Assembly (NCBI GenBank): GCA_950097015.1
Contig: CATNEN010000001.1
Span: forward strand, 12,834,001 to 12,898,000
DNA length: 64,000 bases
Direction of reading: 5' to 3'
Source: Macrostomum hystrix
Taxonomy: Eukaryota > Animalia > Platyhelminthes
The first letter of the stretch is position 1; the number at the start of each line of letters is the position of its first letter. Position numbers and translations under genes: made by a program. Positions 38,700 through 52,229 of the stretch are shown in pieces. The notes beneath the pieces were generated by a model. It did not search any database, was not told the origin of the DNA, and saw only the letters and a list, made by a program, of their open reading frames with translations.

Positions 38700-40432
38700 A
38701 TATGTAGCCAATCTCCCCCAAATCGATCGATAAGTAGATAAAATTTGATTAAGCATAAATTCTTGTTTAATTAATATGACTTTCCGTGTAAATTAACTCG
38801 GTAGTTTCGTTGGACTATCTTTAGATTTAGTTCATTTGTTACTTCAATCAGTTGGTCACGTTATCTGTTAGTAACTCACTACGCTCGTAACGAAAAAATA
38901 ATTTCATTCTTAGCTCTTGCGTCCAATAGAAACCGACCTTGTTTGTTTCTAGGCAACAAAGCACTATGCTGGCACATACGGTGTAACTTGGTGTCGCAGA
39001 TAAAGGTTGCTTTCAATGCCGAAGATTAACTTGTCTCCATAAATTTCAGAATCAGATAAAGTCTTATTTCTGGTTTAAGCAAGGCCAGCTTCTTGTGTAT
39101 TTCTGTAGACTGCCTTGCATATCATGCTTACCTGAATACTGACACAATGTGATAACTTTCTGTTTATTTTCTTTCTTATATTGCTTAAAAATCAATATTT
39201 CTTCTTTGAAAGCTATGTTTTATGTAATCTTTTGACCGTCCATTTTACCCGTTCATTCACGACAAGTGTGTAGCAACTGTTCCACTATAACACATTTCCA
39301 ATGCCGTTATTCTATTACATTCGAATCAGAAAAAGCAAAGGTTTTTTAAATATACGAAACGATGTAGTGTTTGAAGAGTTAACATATTTCAGATGAAGAC
39401 ATATTTCTATTAGTTTCACACAAATTTTACTGACATTCACTCTACTAGATATCGTGAGTTATATAGATTTTTTCTTATGGAATTCTGTCCAACTTTTGCG
39501 ACAATTGTTCCCTTAATACACTTGAAGGTCGAGCAGACTGTCTGTCATTCTGGGCTTACAAACAACTGCATTGTAGTACAGAAACGATTTGTACTATGTC
39601 TTATATGTTAAACTGTCTGACAATAAATAAATATCCGCTATACTGCTTTCATATTTTGAGGAAATTCTTGTGAGTTTAGAAATCGAAAAACAGCAAGCAT
39701 TGTTAATTTCTTTGCAATATTTTAATTCTCTCCCTATAATATAGTAAAATTTCAGTAAAAGTTAGTTTGTTTGTCTTTGACAATTTTACAAACTAAAATT
39801 AACTTAAACAAACAAAGCGGAGGTCGACCCTGACTATAAACTTACATTTTGTATCGTAATGGAAGTCTCTAAATATAAAAAAACGTTTTAAAAGTATCCG
39901 AGCCTATTAAATAGTCAGATCAACACTCTCGAGTTTGCTAGTTGCCATCATGTAATAAACTATGATTTCATTTCATCGGTCCAATTAGCTCAATGCCTAT
40001 AAGAATATTGCTACCTTCCTGTGCAAATTGTTTTCAGTTTAGGGAGGGAATGATGTATAAATTTCTAATTTAGGAGTTTAATAAATCATTGCGTTTGTAT
40101 AAGTTGCGGAATGAACTAAATCTAAACAAAACGAAACATCTTCCATCTTGTTTAAGATTTTGCACAAGTATTGCAATGTCAGATATAACCAGCAATATCC
40201 GCGACCGCCTCTTCCAACATACTAATAAGGAACTTTGCGACTCTGCTAATAATTTACCTGACGAATTCGTAGGCGTCAAATTTATTGTCTATTTACGAAC
40301 CCGAAGGCACTGGCCATCATTTAGAAGACAGAGAGGAAAATTTATTTTTGATTTTAATAACATTAGCAACCGGATGTCGACAGCGTGAACAAGTCCATAC
40401 AGACTATGCAAACCGCCTTTGGACCATCTATA

Positions 40433-42279
40433 ATGCATTCTTTCGGTAAGTACTCGCTAATAGCGAGATTCTCATGAGATCGAAGAACTTAATTTATAGT
40501 TGACAATATACGTAATGAATTCTCGCTTCAGTCCTGCTTCTGCTGACTGCGGCCGTGGCTCAGGCCTCGGTCTCGGTGACACGAACCAGCAGCCCTGACA
40601 TGCACCCGTCGGCAATGGAGATCGAGGTCCAGCTGCGAGACTCAAACAAGAAGATCCGCATCCCGCTGACAAAGACCGACGACTTTGAGAACATTCCAGT
40701 GACTGTGGCCGAGAACGGAGTCTCGAGGACCTTCTCGTCTCACCAGATTCACCACGCGAGTCACGCTCACTACAGAGACATCGAGACCAAGTCCGTGATC
40801 AGCGTCCGTCACGTGAACGGCCAGAGGCGCATCAGTGGTCACGTGATGCACGAGACAACGTCGTATTTTCTTGAGCCACTCAGCGAAGCAAGTCACAGTG
40901 TCACAGAAAATGTTGCTAGTCCACTTTTCATCGCCCGGAAAGTTAGAACTCCAAAGCTCAGGGTCCATCAGAAAGGCAAGACTGCTTCACCAAAATATAA
41001 TGTGGAGCTTCGTCTGCTACTTGACAGCACTGTGTGGCAAGCATTCAAGGCAATCTATGAAACAGAATCAGAGACTCTTACTGAGCTGCACTACTATTAT
41101 TCCCACATCTTGAACGGTATCAGCACGGCATTCAGGAACATCGGCACGCCGTCCATCAATGTCACCTGCGTCGGCATGACCATCTCGAAAACCTTAACAG
41201 ATGATGCTTGGATGGCGGGTGAAGGTAAATTGTTGACGCTGTAAAATAAAAAGATATATAGAGCCTGTAATACAGTCAATAATTTGAAAAAATTAACTTA
41301 CAAGCATGCATTAAGTTTTCTTGTCGTCCTTACCCTCACGAACGCAATATTGCTTTTGAAAGTTACCGAAGGCAAGAAGATCCTGAAAGCCATGTCTAGC
41401 TACATCGTCGGCAAGACCGCAGATCACTTCATGGCCTTCACTCGCATGGACATCAGCAGTGACGGGAGCTTCTCCGTGTGCGGCATGGCTTATCTTGGCG
41501 GTGTCTGCAAGAGCACAAAAGTCAGCATCAACGAGGACCAGGGACTTCAGAGCTGGGGTACCGCCGCTCACCAGCTTGGTCACAACCTGGGCTCTCATCA
41601 CGACAGCAGTGGCAATACCTGTAGCCCAGACACTAAGAACATAATGGCACCGTCTAGAGGAGTCTACAGCCTGACAGACGTGGCCAACTCATACCGGTTC
41701 TCAGCTTGCTCAGTGTTCTACATGACACGCCATCTCAGTTCACTTCGTAAGTTCGGACTTACTGTACACAGTCCAAAAGCAATATTTTCTAGGAAATTTT
41801 AGCTCGTGAAGCTCTTCGAAACCTCGATTCCAGGAAGTCCGAATTGCCTGACATCAGAGCTGCAACCTCGGTACGCGAACTCGCCCGTCAACGTGCGCGA
41901 AGGCGCTCGTCTGACACTCGACCAGGTGTGCCGGCTAGCGATGCCCTATAGTCCTGGAAAGCTCTTTGTTTCTACCGAGGATTTCATCAGACCAGCGACC
42001 ATCTGCGCCCGGATCTTCTGCCACACCAATCCCATGAAGGCGATCAGCTTGGGAGGAATGCGCGCTCCGGTCGGCACTCCGTGCGGCGACAGGAAGAGCT
42101 GCAACTGGAACGGCGAGTGCACAGCCGACAGCACCGCACCGTCGGCTGACGAAACCTGCTTCTGGGGCGACTCGTGGAGTAACTGCGCCACATGGAAGAC
42201 CTACATTGAGAACAAGTGGACGTCCTGCACTGAGAGTACCAAGAAGGGCTGCTGCAGATCTCTCGCCTCGCTGTGTTAG
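40433..42279 (+). CDS. M12B/ADAMTS-like secreted metalloprotease copy 1, predicted inactive (HQLGHNLGSHHD). Exons 40433-40445, 40532-41224, 41363-41746, 41834-42279
   Basis: Signal peptide VLLLLTAAVAQA, prodomain, reprolysin motifs VCGMAYLGGVC and NIMAP (Met-turn), Cys-rich C-terminus. Catalytic Glu codon reads CAG. Confidence 0.85.
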
Positions 42280-44005
42280 ATGTACAATTTGTGTTTACCT
42301 TGCATGCTGAGTAGCAAACGTTTAAAAGCTCATTATATTCCGATTTTCAAGTAGCATAAGTTCCTATGGCAAATTAGCAATAGTAATTTGAGGGATTGAA
42401 TTGATTCAAAATGAGAAAACGAAATTTGTTTAAGTTGGGCCATGAATCGACTATGATTAGCAGTTTTTTATCAGTGACTTTTTATCCCTGCTTTCTTGTT
42501 GCTTGGATTGTCAACTGTTTTATGCGTGTTAAATTTTACTTAAGCAGAATCAATCGAAATGATTTATGTTTTTTATTCATGTAATGTGCGCCATCAAAGC
42601 GTCTTATTGACTAGTGAAATGAGTTCTTAATGTCAATGCATTCAAATGCTCTATGCTGATTGCAGCAATCCTATTATGACTGTTGTGCCGCATGATAATA
42701 AACTGCTATCTGTGGGTATGTGTTAGATGTGCATTGCCCTATTTTTTCAGTTAATAGTTGCTTTGAAGAATAAGAGAAGCTGAGGAGTATATTCAGACTA
42801 AAATAAAGTCAACTTTAGAATGATTCATTGGCTACAGTTCAAAAAGCTTTTTTACATGTCGTAATAATCATTGCTTAGCACAACATTAAAAAACTAAATT
42901 TTTGTTCATCTCCAAGTTGTAGTTTCTGAAGGCAAGATAACTGGCGCCACACGAACGGTGGCTCGTGAGTCCGAGGACTGGATTGACTGATGAGGTCGCC
43001 GCGATTTCGCACCTGGTTAAGCAGAGAAGTTAGGAGAATAAATTGGAGAGTTCATTGTTAAATGTATTAGTTTTCGACATTAATTTCGACACAAAATAGC
43101 TTTCGACACTTTCTTCTCTACTTAATCTCGCTTAACTTCCTGCTGCAGACTTTTCAATAGACACTTGCAATTTCCGCGAAGAACTGTGAAGAATGTTGCA
43201 TGACAAAAACTAATTAATTCCACAATCAGTCCAGTTATTTGGAAAGAAAAACATTACGAGACTCGTAGACCACAACGAGCTATAAGCATTAAAACGCAGT
43301 TAACCAGATTGACCCAGCGATTGCTGATACCAATTAAACTGTTACAGTAGAAAAATACAGTGTTGCGCCTCGCTAAAAGACCATTAGAGTCGGGATTCGA
43401 ACCTTGGAACTTCAAGTCGTTAATACGACACTGAAATCATTAGACTGCAACAATCGAAACACCGGCCATCAAAACCCTTTGGGCAATAATAGTGAATTGT
43501 TTTCATGAAGCATTGAACTTTCAGTAAAACCTGATTTCCCTTTCTCAGCTCGCTCACAAACATTCAGTTTGCTCAGACACTGACTGAAACCCAAATACTC
43601 GGAGGTGTAGCACGCAACACAAACACAAATCTACAAACGTTGTCTCACGTAACTGAGCCGATTGAAAAAAATAATAAAACAGTTCAGGTCATGGTTGAAT
43701 CTTTCTTGGACAGGATATTGATCGACCAAAAACATGTGAAACAGACTTGATGATAAAATTGGTCAACTTAAGCACTAGAGTAGCAGTTTAATATCCGGAA
43801 AAAAACAAATGCCAATTGAACTCTAACAATACGAGCCAGAAGAAAAAAATCAATTTCCTACAAAACAAGCAATTTGTGATGCGTATAAATAAGGCTTTAA
43901 TTCTAGCGCAAAGGTGACCATATTGTTCAAGTGGTGAAATTTCGGTTCTGAAGTAGTCATCTGCTCATTGTGCGTAAAAAACTTCGTGAACCACTAACTC
44001 TTGTC

Positions 44006-45868
44006 ATGCAGAATATTGGTAAGAACTCTGTTTCAATAGTAAAAATTCATGCGCGCAGTATTAATACCAACAATTAAGTTAAAAAAACAAAACTAATTTC
44101 AGTCCTTCTTCTGCTGACTGTCGCCGTGGCTCAGGCCTCGGTCTCAGTGACCCGAACCAGCAGCCCTGACATGCACCCGTCGGCAATGGAGCTCGAGGTC
44201 CAGCTGCCAGACTCAAACAAGAAGATCCGCATCCCGCTGACAAAGACCGACGACTTTGAGAACATTCCAGTGACTGTGGCCGAGAACGGAGTCTCGAGGA
44301 CCTTCTCGTCTCACCAGATTCACCACGCGAGTCACGCTCACTACAGAGACATCGAGACCAAGTCCGTGATTAGCGTCCGTCACGTGAACGGCCAGAGGCG
44401 CATCAGTGGTCACGTGATGCACGAGGGAACCTCGTACTTCCTCGAGCCTCTCGGTGAGTCCGACCACAATGTTCGAATGAACGCCCTGAACCCGGCAGAC
44501 ATGGCCAAGAAGATCAAGATCGTCAGGGACATTGAGAGTCGCAGAAAGAGGCAGACAAATAAAGATTCAACAACGTACAAGGTCGAAATCTACCTGCTTA
44601 TCGATAGTAGAGTGTGGAGTGCTTTCAAGACCATCTATGTTACTGATGCTGCTGCTCTTACCGAAATACACTACTACTACACTCACATCCTGAACGGAAT
44701 CGACACTACCTATAGGAACATTGGAACACCGTCCATCAGCGTCAGCTGCATCGGCATGACCATCTCGAAGACCTTGGCCGACGATACTTGGATGGCCGGC
44801 GAAGGTATGATGGTACACGTTTTTTCTTAATGCTACTTTGTGACAGAAAGTCCTCTATGCCATAAAAAACCGACGCATATCTTCAGATACTGAGGGTAGC
44901 AACATTCTGAAGGCAATGACCAGTTACATTGTTGGCAAGACCGCCGCCGATCACTTCATGGCCTTCACTCGCATGGACATAAGTGGCAGCGGGAGCTTCT
45001 CAGTGTGCGGCATGGCCTACGTTGGCGGTGTCTGCAAGAGCACAAAAGTCAGCATCAACGAAGATCAGGGACTTCAGAGCTGGGGCACCGCCGCCCATGA
45101 GCTTGGTCACAACCTGGGCTCTCGTCACGACAGCAGTGGTAATACCTGTAGCTCTGCCACCAAGAACATTATGGCACCGTCTAGCGGGTTCTACAGCCTG
45201 ACAGACGTCGCCAACTCATACCGGTTCTCATCTTGCTCAGTTTCATCCATGGTTAGCTACCTGAGCACTCTGGGTAAACTGTCACTTGAATTCTCCATTT
45301 CTTACTTCAAAAAGTTTTATTTTAATTTTCCGAGGCCAATAATTTGATGTTAAAAATCCGAATCTATGTCGTATCTTTAAGGATAATGTGGTTGATTTCT
45401 TATGACCTGAAATACGGAACAGGATCGAGCAACTGCATGACATCTGACCAGGGCACCCGCCTTGCTGAGCTTTCCTCAAGCACTTTCGAGGGTGCCCGCA
45501 TGACGCTCGACCAGGTGTGCCGTCTGGCCATGCCTAACAGTCCAGGAAAGTTCTTCCTCACTAGCGAGCTGTCCGCCACACCGGCCGGCATCTGCGCCTC
45601 AATCTACTGCACCACCAGCTCCGGCGGAGGCACTTCCACCGGCGGACTCCGCGCTCCCGCCGGCACTCCGTGCGGCGACAGGAAGAGCTGCAACTGGAAC
45701 GGCGAGTGCACAGCCGACAGCACCGCACCGTCGGCTGACGAAACCTGCTTCTGGGGCGACTCGTGGAGTAACTGCGCCACATGGAAGACCTACATTGAGA
45801 ACAAGTGGACATCCTGCACTGAGAGTGCCAAGAAGGGCTGCTGCAAGTCTCTGGCCACGCTTTGCTAA
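44006..45868 (+). CDS. M12B/ADAMTS-like metalloprotease copy 2, intact. Exons 44006-44018, 44103-44804, 44887-45273, 45423-45868
   Basis: Signal peptide, RRKR furin site, HELGHNLGSRHD, Met-turn, GTPCGDRKSCNWNGEC module, terminal CC..LC module. Confidence 0.88.
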
Positions 45869-46813
45869 CTGCTTATGAGACCGCAATGTTGTCTGCAATA
45901 AGTTCCTAATCTAATGTTCTGAGACGTAATCTCAAGTTTATGACGCAAAAATATTTGTTTTTGGTTGTGGGGAGAGCACAAAATACATTTTTTGAAATCT
46001 CAATGAGCTTCAATGAGTAAGAAATTTTCAATGATTTATGTTGTCGGTCACGAATAAGTTAATTACAATGTACTAGTGTATTACTAGTGTACAGTACTAT
46101 CTTTAAATGTTTACTTAAAATGGAAAATTTGGAATCAACAACTAAAGCGATTCTACAACGCGACTCCAATTTTCCGGTCTGGATGGAGCGCTCAGCTTCC
46201 GGAAGATGCCCGCTTGTCTGCGTTCGACAAGCTCAAGTGTCTCTGGGCCGAAGTCTCACAGCAGCTCGATGCCAACCGGAAGTCGTGCCAGTCGCCAAGG
46301 TGGGCGTGTACTGGGCGCCTCGGCTATGGCAGCGGAAGCAGTCAGATAAATGTAGGCGCAGGTGTGAATGACCGACGCGAGTCACGTTCCGCCAGGTCCT
46401 GCTGAGCCGTCGTAGGTTGATGGTCGCGGTCGCGCTTCGATTTCCGACAGGTGGTTGCCTTCTCGGCCTTCTCGGCTGCACCAGTCACCGGCCTTGTCCA
46501 GCGCTTTTCGGCATTCGCAGAAGAGCTTCAAATATTACGAATATTTTGAATTTACTTTTACTTCTAACAGCCCGTCAGCGTCACGAAATGCTGCTTATCC
46601 AATTGCCACGCAGCCTATGCTGGGGCTCCATGCACTTTCCAGGAAGTAGACAGGCGAGACCTTTAGATTGGGCAGGTGTTTCAGAGGGTATTAAATTTTG
46701 CGAATGTACACTGCTTCCGATCAGCTCAATTCTATAAAGGTGCCGCGAAACAGTGCGAAACTCAGTCTGAGAGTTTAATTTAGACTTCCTTCCCGGTACT
46801 TCAGAATATAGCG

Positions 46814-48687
46814 ATGAGAGGGACTGGTAAGATAATCGTCTAATATCCCAGAAAAACTCGTAAAAGCTCTTTAAATACATTTTTCGACACCTGTTTCAGT
46901 CCTGCTTCTGCTGACTGTGGCCGTGGCTCAGGCCTCGGTCTCGGTGACACGAACCAGCAGCACTGAGATGCACCCGTCGGCAATGGAGATCGAGGTCCAG
47001 CTGCCAGACTCAAACAAGAAGATCCGCATCCCGCTGACAAAGACCGACGACTTTGAGAACATTCCAGTGACTGTGGCCGAGAACGGAGTCTCGAGGACCT
47101 TCTCGTCTCACCAGATTCACCACGCGAGTCACGCTCACTACAGAGACGTCGAGACCAAGTCCGTGATCAGCGTCCGTCACGTGAACGGCCAGAGGCGCAT
47201 CAGTGGTCACGTGATGCACGAGGGAACCTCGTACTTCCTCGAGCCTCTCGGAGAGTCCGACCACGGCGTCGTCAAGAAGTTCCAGGACTTGGAAGCGATG
47301 GCCAAGAAGCTCAGCATCGACAGGGAGATTGAGACTCGGAGGAAAAGACAGACGAATGACGACTCGACGACATTCAAGGTGGAGCTTTATCTTCTTCTAG
47401 ACAGCAGAGTGTGGAATAACTTCGTCACTATCTATAGAAAAGAATCAGAAGCGTTGACAGAGCTGTACTTGTACTACACCCACATCCTGAATGGAATCGA
47501 CACTGCCTATAGGAACATCGGCACACCGTCCATCAGCGTGCGGTGTATCGGCATGACCATCTCGAAGACGCTGGCAGACGACACATGGATGGCGGGTGAA
47601 GGTGAACTCATGAAATCAGCTTTTGGTACAAAACTCAATTCATGATAATGTCAAATTAACTTTATGTTGACTTGAAATTTGCAGAATTTGTGTAAAATTT
47701 TCTTTGTGTAAGACAATCCAGAAGGTGAGATACAAAAATTACAAACGGTAGCAGCATTCTGAAGGCAATGACCTTCGGAAGTAAATAATTTGAAAAAATT
47801 ACTTACAAGCATGCACTAAGGTTTCTTTTCATCCTTACCCTCACGAACGCAATATTGCTTTTGACAGTTACCGAAGGCAGGGAGATCCTGGAAGCCATGT
47901 CTAGCTACATCGTCGGCAAGACCGCCGATCACTTCATGGCCTTCACTCGCATGGACATAAGTGGCAGCGGGAGCTTCTCAATTTGCGGCATGGCCTACGT
48001 TGGCGGTGTCTGCGAGAACACAAAAGTCAGCATCAACGAGGACCAGGGACTTCACAGCTGGGGCACCGCCGCTCACGAGCTGGCTCACAACCTGGGCTCT
48101 CATCACGATGGCAGCAACAACCAATGCAGCTCGACAAGCAAGTACCTGATGTCTCCAGCTAGTGGATTCTACAGTCTGGAAGACGTGGCCAACTCCTACC
48201 GTTTCTCTTCCTGCTCCGTGTCCTACATATCTCAGACACTGAACACTCTGGGTATGCTCTAGTCTTTTGATCTGAATATAAATTGGCTTTTACTCGTAAT
48301 ATTATGGAATTGGTTCTCAATTCAATTAATTCAGGCTCATCAAGTTGTCTCACGATCGATCAGGGCAGCCGCCTCAGTTACCTATCGTCCAACATTCGAG
48401 AAGGCACCCGAATGACCCTAGACCAGGTGTGCCGACTGGCTAGACCCGATAGTCCCGGAAAGGTTTTTATCACTTTCGAACAAAAATTTGATCCCGCGAT
48501 CATCTGCGCCAAAATTTATTGCCAAACCAGCTCCGGTGGTGGTAGCACATCGAGCGGACTTCGCGCTCCAGTGGGCACTCCGTGTGGCGACCAGAAGAGT
48601 TGCAACTGGAACGGAGAGTGTACGAAAGACAGCGCCGCTCCGGCCGTCGACGAGACGTTCTTCTGGGGCGATACAAAGACCAACTAA
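46814..48687 (+). CDS. M12B metalloprotease copy 3, catalytic domain intact but C-terminal Cys module truncated. Exons 46814-46826, 46900-47601, 47868-48251, 48335-48687
   Basis: RRKR and HELAHNLGSHHD present. Premature TAA at 48685-48687, with the remnant KKRCLRSLA downstream in another frame. Confidence 0.8.
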
Positions 48688-49922
48688 GAGATCAGACAAA
48701 GGCCTTTACGAGCGTATACTGAGCGGACGCAAATTATTTTCGACTGGCGTCAAGAAACGCTGCCTTAGATCTCTGGCTATAATATTTTTAAATTACCTTA
48801 AGTAAAAATACTTGCTAGTCGGTAACTGGATGGTGTCGGAAATAAAGTAAATAAATAAGCTCGGCGTCGTGTCATTAGAAAAGAATGGTTTAGAGATAAA
48901 AAAGGCTGTGTTCTCTCTTCTGGTCTCATTTTGGATAGATAGTATTATATATAAAACTACACCTAGCCCAGTTGGGCCGGATCTATTGTGCGATGCTGTG
49001 TGAATCTGTCCAGTCTGATTCGCACCTGAAGTTTCTGCCCTAGCTAAGCTGGTACGAGCTTTCAGTCAGAAACCCGAAGCTGTATTTGTTTTGCTTGATT
49101 GAAATTGATTGAAATAAATACTAGCCCTAAGTTATCGAGTCAAAGCAGCCCTTAGATAACAGTTGTTTTGCTTGTTGCAAGAAATCTTATGAAGCAAATC
49201 TTACGCATTACGCACACTCGCATTGGGAGGATGACATTGGCAACATTGCTTTTGAGACTATTAAAAAGAGGCGTTTTTGACCATTTCACACAAAATTATT
49301 AAAATGATTTCTACATTCTTCCCATGAAAGTTGGCAGCCACTCGATAGTTCGATTCTATCATTTTCCATATATAAAAAATTACCAGACATGATAAAACTG
49401 GAACACCAGGAAGCTATCCGGCAGTGGCCAAAATCAATTTAAAATTCTGACCGAGACGTCACGAATCTCAACCCAAGTACGCTCGTAGGCGATTTGTGCA
49501 ACTGATCAATAAATAATTGCACACCTTAAATTCTAGAGAAATTCCAGAAAAATGCTTGTCGCCAACAAGAAGTTTCGTTTTGACAATTCCTTTTAAAGGC
49601 GTACTTGAAATTCTGCCAACAAGTGGAAAGTATCTGTACTGTAATTTGTAGCCTCAGATTGAGATTGTCTGACGAGACTAAGGACCTAAAACCAAATATT
49701 TGTTTGAGTATTTCAGGGATTGACAATTGACTACAAGTCGTATTGTCAATCCCAATCGATTTCCAGCCTGAGAGTATCTGTTTATCATTTTAACAGTCTG
49801 GTAGTCTGAGTAATATACCCGAAATGAGTTTTTAGGTGAACCTTTCGTCAATATATTTCAATCAGCAGTTGGTCACAGACATGTCAGTCCATTGCTGATC
49901 TACGCAGCGCGGCCGAAACTGC

Positions 49923-50210
49923 TCAGGCGCAGACGCTGGCCAGGGTCTTGCAGCAGATCGACTTCACCTGGTTGCAGTAGTAGCTCCTGGTGGCTGAGTT
50001 CGGCGCAGCGGAGATGGTCTGGTAGAAGCTCTGGCACTGCTCAGCCGGAGCAGCGTCGCCAAAGAAGCAGGCCATGTTGATCACTGGCACCCGAGGGTCT
50101 GCCGTGCACTGTCCGTTCCAGTTGCAGCTCTTCTGGCTGCCGCACGGTGTTCCGACTGGAGCGCGAAGACTGCCGCCAGTGTTGCCGCTCGACGGTGTCG
50201 TCTGGCAGTA
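49923..50210 (-). pseudogene. 3' remnant of metalloprotease copy 4
   Basis: Translates YCQTTPSSGNTGGSLRAPVGTPCGSQKSCNWNGQC...CFFGD...ICCKTLASVCA*. Abuts the A-rich tail of the LINE. Confidence 0.85.
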
Positions 50211-52110
50211 TTTGTTATTACTTTTTTGAATATTAATTTTTTATTTTATTTTTTTTAATTTTACTTCTTGACTTACTTGACATAGCTGCATGGGGCATCC
50301 TTCGGATGCAGCAGGGAGACGTTGCCGCCCATTCCGCTAGCCCCCTGGAGACCACGGGCAACTATAGCTGCGATGTCGCGCAGGGGGATCCGGTGATGCC
50401 GGCGTCCGCAGCGCGGTCCTCCTCCGGAGAGTCCAGGGGGCGGAGAGTCGCTCGCCCGGTGGCCCTTAGGTAACGGATGAGCTGGCAGATGTTCTCAGGC
50501 CTGAAAACGTCGGAGAGATCCGGGTTTGGGTCGACATAGGGTCGAAGGCGGGGCAGTCGCAAATAAAATACTCTGCATCCTCAACATAGGAGAGGCAGAA
50601 AGGGCACTGCGGATTTTGCCTTGCAGGAAGCGGTGCCTGGCGAAACAGCCGTGGCCAGAGAGGGACATGGTGACTGCCCTGATGTCCCTGTGTTTAAGTC
50701 CAAGCAGGGCTTTGCGAAGGGCAATGGAGGGACAAGGGACAGCAGCGCGAGACTGCCGAAAATCGGCGGCATTGATCCATCTGTCCTTGTGCTTTGAGGC
50801 CACCCACTGGTTAATCCGAGTGTTGACGACGGCGGTAGGGTTGGAGACCGCGTCTAAAAGACGATGAGCAGTCTTCATCGCTTCCCCTTTGATAAAAAGA
50901 TATAAAGGGGGAAGGTCCAGGAAGGCATCCAAAGGGAATGGAGGTTGCCGCACTCATGATGGCTCTAGAAGCACGGCCCTGCACCTTGCTTAGGGCCTCC
51001 AAGACCCCTTTTGTCTCCAGGGCACTGTTCCAAATGAAGCCGGCAAAAGCCGGCCGGTCTTACAATGGTAGTGTAAATCCACCAGAGACGGCGGGGGGTG
51101 AGGCCCCAGGTAGCACCGAAGGCTCTACGGATCTGTGCGAGCGTCGCGAGAGCTTTGCGAGTTTTGAGTTTGACGTGAGGTGTCCAGCTCAGCCTGTGGT
51201 CGAGGATGACACCTAAGCATCTAGTTTGCTTCTCCATGGCGATGGGTTTGTCACTGAGAAGAAGCGGCTCAATCCTCCTGTTTCGTTTGCTTCTCCATGG
51301 CGATGGGTTTGTCATAGAGAAGAAGAGGCTCAATCCTCCAGTTTCGTTTGCTGGTGAACATATTGGCGACGGTCTTGGACTCAGAGAGTTTGAGGCCGCA
51401 GCTATGAGCCCAGCGCTCGGCACGGTGCATAAAAGCTTGCAGAAGGTCTCTAAGGATCGGGGGAGACGGTCCAGCCACAGTGGCGGTGACATCGTCAGCA
51501 TAGCCGATTTTCTGGACCGGGGCCGGGTCAGGGCTGCAGAGTAGCTCGTCCATGACAAGGTTCCAGAGGATCAGACTAAGAACGCCCCCCTGTGGGCCTC
51601 CCTTCTGGACTTTCACAGAGCGGGAGTGGCCAAGCAGGTGCGAGGTGGCAGTTGAGAGATCATATACATGATCCAGCGGGTGAGGTGCTCGTGCGCAGCC
51701 CGGTGCTCCAAGGCTCGCCTAAAGGCTTCGAAGACCACATTGTCGAAGGCACCATCAATTTCGAGGAAAAGCGAGAGAGCGAAACCGGTGCCAAGCACGG
51801 CGCGCTCCAGCTTGCCGACAATGGCATGCATAGCACTTTCGATGGAGCGTCCGGATCGAAAGGCGTGCTGGTTGGCGGAGAGCGGGGAGTTCCTCAGCTC
51901 AACGTGAAGGAGGCGCCAAAGAACAAGCCTTTCAAGCAGCTTAGGAAAGAAAGATGTTAAGCTGATGGGGCGGACGGCTTTGGCGGAATCGTAGTCTCCC
52001 TTCCCAGGCTTGGGGTGAACACGATGGCTTCTGCCACGACCTGGGTACGTACCCGAGGGTGATACAGGCGTTAAACAGGTTGCAGAGGAGGACGAAGAAC
52101 CTGTCATTTT
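50211..52110 (-). mobile_element. Decayed 5'-truncated non-LTR retrotransposon (R1/LOA-like RT)
   Basis: PKPGK..Y...RPISLTSF, QHAFR.GRS, LFLEIDGAFDNV, GGPQGGVLS, GYADD, LGVILD.RLSW, LDLPPL, SGHG motifs; frameshifts; 60-bp internal duplication near 51225-51350; A-rich 3' tail. Confidence 0.9.
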
Positions 52111-52229
52111 TTACCGCTTCATAGGGACAAAATTGACACATCCAGACAGAGTTAATACAAATCCAGGCTTAGAATTGATAGATACCTAGGCTTAGAATTG
52201 ATTGATATCTAGGCTCAGCATTTATAGAT

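Noticed and set aside
46087-46600. GC-richer patch with short ORFs between protease copies 2 and 3
   Set aside because: No recognisable motif, splice pattern or repeat partner in this window
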